A DNA stretch of 64,000 bases from the NCBI GenBank assembly GCA_050084985.1, contig JBITNC010000001.1:133920001-133984000 (forward strand), read 5' to 3'. This stretch comes from Nageia nagi (lineage: Eukaryota > Plantae > Pinophyta). Positions 51,651 to 61,829 of the stretch are shown one piece after another. How positions within the stretch are numbered: the stretch's first letter is position 1; each line of letters begins with the position of its first letter. The notes below the pieces were generated by a model, which was given only the letters and a program-made list of their open reading frames with translations, did not search any database and was not told the DNA's origin. The translations under genes and the position numbers were made by a program.

Positions 51651-52289
51651 GAGAACATGGACACCCTAAGAGCTGGCAGCATTGAATGCAATGAGTGATG
51701 ATGGATTCTAAACCCTGATTCGTTGAATTTTACTGCAACTTTTTGGCTGTAAAAGAATGACGTGAAGATTAATTTGTCCCTCTTGATTGATTCTAAATCC
51801 TAAGCCGTTCGATCTGACTGGAAATTTTCGGCTGTGAAAGATTGATGTGAAGGTAAATTTGTCTCCTGCATAATTAAGACTAGACTGAGGATCTCGGTGG
51901 GTGGTGGCTATCTCCATGTGAACATGGCCATGAAGTGGAAAATATCTGGAATGTACCCTAGTCTACTGTGTTGTTTTATATATTTGAAAGTTTAGTAAAG
52001 TAAAAGAATAGGGAACAGGGGCCAAAATCGTATATGAACCTAGCAGGACGTCAGAAAGGGTTAGGTAAAATGTCTCGAAGTAAAAGATGGCGATCGGCAG
52101 CTTTATCGATTGGTGCTCTGCATTTAATGTGACAAATTCCTTGCCATGTGATTCTTCTCGATGTTACCATCAAACAACACTTGTTTTAACAATGCAATAG
52201 TTACATTACATGGTTTGTCTCAGAAATATGTTTCCGTACTTTTCCTGTCAGTCTTTACCGTTTTGGCGAAACAACAATTGTTCTTCCTC

Positions 52290-52545
52290 TTTCGCACGGG
52301 TAAGATTCGAACCTGAAATTCCAGGCCCGAGATTGCAAACCCATTTTCATCAACCTTCGAAATGGAGAGATTCACTGTGCACGGCTGAGATTCGAACCTG
52401 GAACCTCCATATCCTAAATTTCAAATCCATTTTCACAAACTTTTCCAATGAAGATCCACTGTGCACGGCTGAGATTCGACGTGGAAACCTCAAGATTCTA
52501 AATTTCACATCCATTTTCACAAACTTTTCCAAGAAAATTCACTGT
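52290..52545. repeat. ~85-bp tandem repeat x3 with a B-box-like motif
   Basis: GCACGG....GATTCGA(A)C..G.AA..CCATTTTCA at about 52293, 52379 and 52463. Confidence 0.8.
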
Positions 52546-52562
52546 AGCTTTCAAATTTAAAT

Positions 52563-53198
52563 TTCAAATTTATTCAGAATACCCTTATAATTTTACATAA
52601 TGTCAAAAATACCTTTACTTTTTTTTAAATATCAAAATATCCCTACAAATAAAAATAAAAAAAATACACAAATAAATATAGAAAAAGAAAAACTCTATTA
52701 CACTATAAAATTACAAGGGTATTTTTGATAGTTCATAAAATTATGAGTATTTTACAAAGATATTTTTATATTATCCTTATAAAATACATAAAAATTATTA
52801 AACTATTTAAAAAAATACCTTTGTAAATATAATTTATAAAAATATTCTTATAAAATACAATTTGTAAATATTATGTAAAATTATTAAATTTAGAAAATAC
52901 TTTATTAAACTATAAGTGTATTTTACAAATTATGTACATGAAAATGTATTAAATATTTTTTTATATTTTATTTTTATTAATTTAAATTGTATATATTTAT
53001 ATTTTATTAATAGTTTATTGATATTATATTATAGAAACTATATTATTTGTAATTTAATAGTGGTTTTCCTATTCCATATTTATTTGTGTATTTGTTTTCT
53101 TTTAATTTTTATTTTCAGGGGTATTTTCAATATTTCAAAAAAAGTAGGGATTTTTTTAATATTATGTGAAATTATAGCGGTATTTTAGATATTTTTCC
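52563..53198. mobile_element. AT-rich Mutator-like MITE with ~150-bp terminal inverted repeats
   Basis: AATACCCTTATAATTTTACATAAT..AATACACAAATAAATAT on the left is the reverse complement of ATATTTATTTGTGTATT..ATTATGTGAAATTATAGCGGTATT on the right. TSD not resolved. Confidence 0.75.
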
Positions 53199-53429
53199 TT
53201 TAAATAATGATGTTATTGTATTTTTTTCATAAACATATCTAACGACAAAATCAACTACACATAAAATATGAGGTAGATTTGATGTTCTTTTCGTATTCAT
53301 TGTGACTCTTTATTCTCACAAATTTCAATGGTAGATGTTTAAAACATAAATTTTAATTATATAATTTGATTAAAGATTTTTTTAAATTAAGATTTTTTTA
53401 ATATTAATTTAAATTAAAAGAAATTTAAA

Positions 53430-54267
53430 AAAGGGTGTTGTAAAACTTACAAAAAATACCTTTTAAATTTTTTAAATAATAAAATGACCCTCTATCACCA
53501 TAGTTAATTAGATTGTTTAATGGGTGTCTCTTACACTTGTATCCTATGTTACCTATTTTGCAACTCATTTGTACCTTATGTTTGCATTATGTAAAGAGGG
53601 ACATTTCAACGAGGTTGTGCATGCATTGCAAAATGTTCATGACATTGTAGACTCCCTCACGTATGTTTATCCCTTACAATGTTGCACTCAAAAGAAAGCC
53701 TTACACCAGGGCAAGCATATCTATGTTCTCATTCTCAATCATAATCAACCGAGATTCACAAAAGATGTATTTTTGCATAACACCCTTCTCCAAATGTATG
53801 TCAAAATACATCTTTTTACACAAAACTATGCAACACATGCATATTATGTTGAAATACATTTTCTATAATAAAAAAATATATCATTTAGATAAAAATAAGT
53901 CTTCTACGAATCTGGACTAATTGCAATTAAAAATAAAAGCATGGATACACTTGCCCTGATGTTAGGATTTCGTTTGAATGCAGCATTATAAAAGATAGAC
54001 ATATGCAAAGGAGTCTATGATGTCATGAATATTTTGTAATACATGCAAAACCTCGTTAACATAGCCCTCTTTAAAAAATGCAGCCATGGGGTGTAGAGTT
54101 AATAGTATAGAGGTGATTTATTCTTCTTGTGGTAAGAAAGTGTGTGAGATGCTCAATAAACAATATGAATGCAACCATGTTGATAAAGGGTCATTTTGTA
54201 ATTTATAAAATTTGAAGGTTATTTTTGTAATTTTTGAATTTGTAAGGGTCATTTTTGTTAATATAGG

Positions 54268-54270
<3 letters not shown>
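53430..54270. mobile_element. Pack-MULE-like foldback element carrying an inverted duplicated PPR gene fragment
   Basis: Mutator-type ends AAAATGACCCTCTATCA / TGATAAAGGGTCATTTT. The arms continue inward through PPR-derived sequence at 53584-53733 (+) and 53932-54081 (-). Confidence 0.8.
53584..53805 (+). pseudogene. Captured N-terminal fragment of a PLS-class pentatricopeptide repeat gene
   Basis: ALCKEGHFNEVVHAL..VDSLTYVYPLQCCTQKKALHQGKHIYVLI..FTKDVFLHNTLLQMYVK fits the PLS-PPR consensus LC.EG.L.EA..L..D..TY..LL..C....AL..GK..H..I....F..DVF..N.L..MY.KC. Confidence 0.8.

Positions 54271-54356
<86 letters not shown>
54271..54356. repeat. (TA)n microsatellite, ~43 units with one interruption
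   Basis: Directly visible; abuts the foldback element end. Confidence 0.98.
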
Positions 54357-54358
<2 letters not shown>

Positions 54359-54799
54359 TTTGTTTCAACAAGCTTGAAGCCTACCAATAAGTAGTTAAAC
54401 AAAAATAAATTAAATTAAAGCTCCATCATTTATCAATACTGGGAGTATCATGTTGGCCACCTTTCATTTTCATCCATTCATTAGGAGGAATAAGAATATG
54501 TTAACCATCGTTTTGATTGAAGGCATCTATAGGCCATCCAAGGCTATGATTAATGCCACCATTTGCACCCCAACTGATAACAAGTGTTGAAGTCTCTAAA
54601 TGCACATCCCAACCATCAACCTACCTCGATGAGGTCATTTAAGTGCTTGCATACTAAGGGAGGTTGAGAATAGTGGTAATTAGCTAAATCATTTCTCACA
54701 TGTAGGGGAGGCCTCCTCTTAGATCATGATCTCTCACAAAATCTAAAACGTCCTCATGAATAATTCTCTAGTGGTACTCGATTGATAGTATACAGTGCA

Positions 54800-57700
54800 T
54801 TTCCCCAATGGTCAATCAATTCTCTCAAATAGACATTAAAAAAAATAGAATCAAGCATTAAAAAAAATAGACATTTTTCAACAAAGAAAAAATCTATGGA
54901 AGCCTCATCCTTTGCAAAAATGATCTTATTACAAACTTTCTAGATATGAAAAAATATGTTGATGTGAAAAATATTCCATACTTATTTTAGGGGCAAAACA
55001 AATCAAGGGGGTTATCCAAAAAAGCATGTAGCCAAGAAAATTAACTAGATATGTTTGATTGAAACAAAGGTTTAATCAATTTCCATGCATCACTAGCTTT
55101 AGGATAAAACTAAAAGAGGTGCATGAAATCCTCTAGTGGAAGGTAGAAATTACATATGGGGTTCTCTACACCAGGGTAGATAAGATGATGATCAAAAGGA
55201 ATCCCATGAGAAATAAGACTCCAAGAAAAAAATGCTTATTTGGGTTTGACATATGAGGCTCAAATAACTTTGAAATGAAGATTCTGGCTAGAAGGAGTTA
55301 ACTTCGTAGCCCACTTCTGGTTAAGACATTACACTATGGGCAAGTAAGGAGAGAGCCACATGTGCCTAAGTTAGCTTTATACTTCTAAATGGCACATTGG
55401 TGAAGCCAACTCCAATCTTTCCACTTGTATTTTTAGAATCTCTTAAGGATTTTAGGCCATATGAAGAATACAATGGTATCTAAAACTACATCATAAGTGC
55501 TTTTATCATTTGTATTCAAATTATGAATTTGTTTGAAGACTTCCCATGGAATCTAGTCCTTGGTATGAGCAGAACAAAATATACAATAGTGGTAATCCCT
55601 TTCTTGTAAAATCATTGTGCTCAAATCCATTAGATTTGTGCAAGAGGTTAGCCTTGGTGAGTGACGAAAGAGGACCACTAGATACTAAAAGTAGCCAAAG
55701 AAGATTTGTTGTGTTTGCTAATACCATTCCAACAAAGTTAAGGTTGTAGAGTGTCATATGCTTTCTATATATTTTTAACAATGAAGGTGCCTTGAACCTT
55801 GATATGAATAGGATTTGTGACCAGTGTATGGAAGATAAACCCTTTCTAGATTTTCTTACCAAGAGGAAATCCATGAGAGATACAATAGAAAGAACTTTCC
55901 AAGATTGAATTTCATCCAAGGCATGGAGAATCTACTTAGCATATAAAGTTGTTCCATAATGATGATAGTCAATTAGGCCCATACCTCTTAAGTTCTTAAG
56001 TAAACAACAAATATCCCAAGCTATTATGTGAAAATCCTTATTATGAGAAGAGTTCGACCAAATAAAATCTCTTAAAAGCTTTTCCAATTTCTTGTAGCAA
56101 TTTTCTAAAGTGATCCAATAGGAATAATAGTAGACATGAGTTGTAGCTAAAATTTTGAAGCATATATGAAAATTTATAGTAAGAAATAATTTCTTAATGA
56201 CCCAATTTGTCAACTTACTTTCCACTTTATGTATATAAAATCCCAAAGATGAATAAATGTACCTTGGAATGCAAATTGAATATGGAATATCCAAAAATTT
56301 CAAAATTTCACCTAGTTGAAGCCACTTCCATTGCATATTAAGGAGCCAACTTGGCATGGGGAAAGGAGACTAGCTGTAGCTAGACATCCTTTTCCTTTGT
56401 ATGATTAATCTTAATGCTTTGCAAAAGGTGTTTAAGGCATTTAATGCTTGAGCAACTAGAAGCTCATCTTCATATATGGTGAGAAAGGAATCATATATGA
56501 AATGATTATTGATAAGCTAAATTGAGGATTTATGAGAGAAATACCTCATATGGATCCTTCAACTACCTTATGGGCCAAGAGATACCCAAAAATATCAATT
56601 GTTAATATAAAAAAGAGGGGGCTAAGGGCATCCCTACTAAATATACCAAAATATGCCAATGGGAGAGGAATAACCACCATTAAGGGAGAGCACAACATAG
56701 GCATATTCAAAGACAATATTAATATATTTAAAAAAAGGTATAATTGAACCCTAATGCTTGAAGCATGGATAGAATAAAGTACTATTTAATTTTATCACAA
56801 GCTTTATCAAAATATATTTTGAGAAAAAGAATATTTTATTATGTTAATCAAGATCATTACATGCCTTCTCATAATGCAATCACATTATTGAGTATATAGT
56901 GCCTTTAGATTAAACATATTTTTTCAAATCTAATAATCAAAGGTAGTAAAGGTTGAATCCAAAGAGTTAAAGTATAGACCATGATTTTGTAATTAACATT
57001 AAACAAAGTGATAAACCACCAATTCATATTGAGATTTAGGTCTCTAGATTTGGGGATGAATTTGATGTTACCTTTGTTAATGATATTAACCAAGAATTCA
57101 ATTTGAAGTGCTTCTTGATAAACTTGGAGCAAGTCATTGTCAACTATGTCCCAAAATTCCTTGTAAAATTCGCATGAGAAACCATCTAACCCTAGGGATT
57201 TATCATTGGTCATATAAGAGAGAGAAAGATCATCTACTATCAATGGGTTATCACACAAATCCCATTGAGAAAGCAATATCTTATTTGGAACCATTGCTTG
57301 ATATTCTTCCAAGGCTTGGAGGCAAAAACCTTCAAGCTTTTGGAACATAAAGATAGTTTTGTAATGGTTGATAAAGGTCTCTGTGATACCTAAGATTGAG
57401 GTAATGTGTTCCCCATCCACCTGAATAGCTTTAAATTTGGTAGCTTACCTTTAGAGTTTGATCCTTTAAAAAAATCCTTGGAGGCTTTATCTCCTACTTT
57501 AAGGTAATGAAGTTTGACATAAATATGATGCTCCTTATGCTTCATAGATTTTTACTTGCTTGATTTCATGTCTCAAGTTTTTAATATGGATTTATATGGA
57601 TTGAATGAATGGAAAAGCTTCTAAATGCATAGTATCTTTATCTAAATCCACTCTAAGGGTGATATTGGTGTGCGTCTAACACTTAACAATCAACACCCAA

Positions 57701-58370
57701 GGTTCTGAGAAGCATGGTGGTGCATGAAATAACATCATTTTGCTAAGAGATCAAGTTCCTAGAGCCTAATGGATGAGGGATTAAATTCCACACACATTGT
57801 ATATGAGCATTCATCATGGGATGATTAGGAAGGACATGTTTAAAAAAAATTAAGAGCGAAAGTGATGTGAAGGAGGTAGGGCAAAAATAAGGGAAAATAT
57901 AATAGGTGCATGAGGAAAGATGGTCATGTTTGGGATGGGCATAGCCATTAGGGAGGTTAGTGAAAGTCGATGTAAATAAAAGAGGGAGTGAACATAAATC
58001 ATGGTACTATCAAGATATTTTAATACTTAAGTCTACCCAACTTGAAAGTTATACCAAATGAACTAACTAACTTCAAGAAAATTAGTTGGAGTAAAATGGG
58101 CATTGGGCTTAGTGAGCTCCAACTTGTTCTTTATAAAAAAATATGCTTCTCTTTCATCAAAATCCCATGGCATATAGAGGTGGCCAACTTTATAATGAAC
58201 TTGTTCAATCATATTGAAATCCCTACAAAAAACCTATGTGGACAATGGTATGGAAAAGGAAAGACAACATCATAACATGCATTTGTTAGGAGCATGGTTA
58301 GAGGCATACACATTAATAATGACAAAAGAGTGATCATTAATTTCTAGTAATGTCTACACTACTTGATCAT
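54800..58370 (-). mobile_element. Heavily decayed L1-clade LINE ORF2 (endonuclease, RT, zf-RVT region)
   Basis: NVYASN and GDFNMIE-like endonuclease motifs (~58200-58320); KSLGLDGFSCEFYKEFWDIV..IKFIPK..NWWFITLFNVNYKI; DALSPLFFIL; KFLDIP..LEKLLRDFIWS..IAWDICCLLKNLRGMGL. Confidence 0.88.
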
Positions 58371-59499
58371 AAGGGTCATTAATTATTTATATTATTATTA
58401 TAATTATTAATATAGTGCACTAATATGAGTCTTATTTGTAGGTATCATGTGGCCCAAGGATTGGGTGTGACCCAAGATATAGGTGATCATCATCAACTTG
58501 CCTATATAATGAAGACTCATATAAGTTGACTATCAAGATAGATTTGGTGAAATAGATTCTAAAACTTGATAGTGGCAATATACTCTTTAGGTATTTTTTA
58601 ACACCACCTTATTAAGATTGGAATTTAGATGCACAACTTATCTTGTGGGAGCTATCATATCTTTATTATGCATGAACTAAAATCCTTACAATTTAGTGAA
58701 GTGACGATCTTTCCTTGGGTGCTTGCATCTCTCAAAACCAAACCATTGGTGGCCCATATCTAGACCACTAGCGACCCATTTCTTGTAGGGAATACCACCA
58801 ATGGTTTGTTTCCTATGGATTTGAGCATTAGGATCTTAAGTGCATATTTGTAGGATCATCCTTCATTTGTTTATCATAGGTAAGTATAGCAAGCAAGTAT
58901 CTGAATTCCCTTCTTAATAGGAATAAATTATATAATTCATTGCATATCTTTTATTACTTTCATTTATTGAAGTATTATCATTAGCAATTAGATTACTTAA
59001 CTTAAAGTAGATATTGGGATCATTATTTACTATTATTTTACCATACTTTCCCTATTTAACAGATCTACAGACTTTTCCTTATGTGAATTTTGGCATCAGC
59101 ATGCCAAAGGATAGTTTACATAATATCAACTTTGAAAGTTTGGATAACACTCATTTGGAGAATATGTTTATAGAGGATAGTGTTAATCCTTCTAGTAATA
59201 CACCTACATATGATGCACATGATGCAATTGGAAGAAAAAATAACCTATACTTGAAATGCATCCAAACACTTTAGAAGCTAGCAAAAGCGCAACCCCACAT
59301 GAATCAATTTTGAAGTCTAGTAAAGAATTCATGGATGAAGCTTTAAATTTCACTTGTTAATCTCCTATTTGAGAAAATTCTTTTAAAACTAGGAATACAT
59401 TTCTTAATGGTGACTTGAAAAGATAAAGCATTTGGGAGAAATAGGCCAAAACACTACTAAAATAAATGGATGGTATCACAATTATAGTCAAAGAGAGAA

Positions 59500-60629
59500 A
59501 TTATATGATATCTTGGCACATAATCCTATAGTTATTGATTCTTTCACTACAAGGAAAATACCTTAATACAAGCATACATCAATGAATACCTTACAATGCC
59601 AACATTGTGCCAATACAAACATATACAAGAAATGGTAATCTGATGATGCATAAGATAAGTATACATAACATAAAGTATCAGATCCAATGCCCCAACGATT
59701 GTATGTATGATATAAAAAGACAACAATACAATACCAAGCTCAATAGGGCTGACATTGGCCTCTAAGGAGCTAACTAGGGCATAACCAAATGTCTCTCACT
59801 ACTGGAATGAATCAGAACCATGGGAAAATATGCTCCCTTAGAATTTGAATCCTCTCCATTAAAGGAGCCCTACTTAAACCCTAGCTAACTACTGAAGGTA
59901 GAAGTTATACCTTGGAATACCACTAGATGGGAAAGGGTGTTATGCCAATGTCATAGATGATCAAGATTCCTCAACTTGAAAGCCCTCATAGATGCTGCAA
60001 CTAGGGGATGTGCTTAGCATCGCTAAGTCTTCTTATCCTCTAGATGATATGAAGTATAATAACAAACTATATCCAACAATGAGGCTCCAATGTCTCTTTA
60101 TACACTTGCTCTATCTGGATCTCACCTAGGAGTAATCACCTGGGTCCTCTAATCCAATGTTGGCCTCTTAGGGGCATAAAATACCCAATGTAGGTGTCTA
60201 TGGGTTAGACATGCCAATGAGAGACCTAAGGTGCATTAAGTGCCAATGTGGGAGTCTAGGAGTGCCACACATGCCCACATGGGTGAAGGGGAAAATGTGG
60301 GATCATGGTGTCATGATGGGCTAACGCGGGGGTATGGGAGCCTCCCCAAGACTAACACATACATATAAGTATCTATCCAATCATTTAAGTGGAATAATAT
60401 ACCTTGGGATTCCCACAATCATGATCAAGATCTCCAAGTGCAGTAATAACACCTAATCTAAGCCTGGGAGGGAGATATCCCACTTGGGGCTCGCAATGGG
60501 GTCCATTGATCCATTAAGTCTTCTATCTCAAGTTAAAAAAATGAAAGTATAATGCATTAATAAAATATATTATAAGAGGAACCTATAAGATTCTAAGATT
60601 AATTATAACTGTGCAATGGGGACATCACA
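59500..60629. mobile_element. Family-A LTR, probably solo
   Basis: Aligns with the other three copies and has an intact right terminus GGGACATCACA. The left end is approximate and no TSD was found. Confidence 0.8.
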
Positions 60630-61589
60630 CTACTCCTGTTGCAAGGAAGGCTACATAGGGCACTGCACCCTCAAATACAATAACTGCCAGTTATTCCAAC
60701 ACCTCCACTTTGATTGGAAATAATGCTACAATGGATGCAATTTTTTATAATTTTGATTAGGATAGAATGGAGAATTTCTTGAAGGAAAATAAAATATGGG
60801 CTTTATATGATGAAGATGATTGAATACCTCATTATTATGCTCTTATTAATAAATTTATGTCATTGTATCCCTTCAATGTGCAAATGATCTGGTTAAATAT
60901 AAAATACCATCATGGTGATAATTTAATTAAGTGGGCAAAATCTAGATTCTAAAGGGCTTATGGAGAATTCAAGGTTGGAAGGAAAATAATTTTCTCCTCC
61001 CATTGTAGATTGAATTGAAATAAAGCAGTTGGATTTCATGTCTCCAATAATATGGGTCATTTTTTCATATCACATTTAGGCTAAAGTGATCATACTCATT
61101 TGGGATTAAACTTATGTACTCTTAATTCCAAGGTGAACTATCGTAGATGAGGTACATACGTATCTCTATACGAATGAATGATATAAATGCACTAAGATAT
61201 GAGGTATTATGTATCTAGATCCTCCCTACTCCCCTCCCATTTGAACATATATTCACACCCATCAATCATCTCTCTCCCTTGATATTATCTTGACCATTTT
61301 CTTCTTTTAGATTGGTCACTCTCCATTACCATCATCCTCATTACTAATTCTAAAACACTAATTATTTTGCACATTACCTTCTCTTTTAATGGGTAACGAG
61401 GCTCCATAGTACATTGAAAGGGAGATTAGTTTGCACACAAGTGGAAAATGAGTAGGACTTAATGCTAATAGTGGATGAATATGATTCCCTAAGCAGAGTG
61501 AGTCTCAATTTCAAATTTGGGCGTATGTGCAATTTGTAATTTTATGGGCGAGGCAAAGGTAGAGCCAAAATGAGTAACTAAATACTAAC

Positions 61590-61800
61590 ATTAACCATGT
61601 ATAACCCTAACCCTAACCTATAACGACCCTAATCCTAACCCTAACCCTAACCATTAACCACTAACCACATCTAACCCTAACTTTAACCCTAAACACTACT
61701 AACCCTAACCCTAATCCTAACCACTAACCCTAACTACTAACTATGTTTAACCCTAACCCTAATCCTAACCCTAACTACTAATTAACCCTAATCCTAACTA
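61590..61800. repeat. Degenerate interstitial (CCCTAA)n telomere-like repeat
   Basis: Runs of AACCCTAACCCTAA interspersed with CCACTAA, TCCTAA and CTACTAA variants. Confidence 0.88.
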
Positions 61801-61829
61801 ATGGAATCAACCCTTTCCTAATTAATTCC

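Noticed and set aside
52290-52545. Intact tRNA gene
   Set aside because: A B-box-like motif only; no D-arm/A-box, anticodon arm or poly-T terminator could be built.
53524-53868. Functional PPR gene
   Set aside because: Only about two degenerate motifs, bounded by TIRs and duplicated in inverse orientation with stops; treated as a captured fragment.
54118-54402. ORFs with poly-YI
   Set aside because: Translations of the (TA)n microsatellite.
58400-61500. Old gypsy-like remnant surrounding the 59500-60629 LTR
   Set aside because: Too decayed; no termini or protein motifs could be supported.
61590-61800. True chromosome end
   Set aside because: The tract is short and degenerate, with ordinary repeat sequence on both sides.
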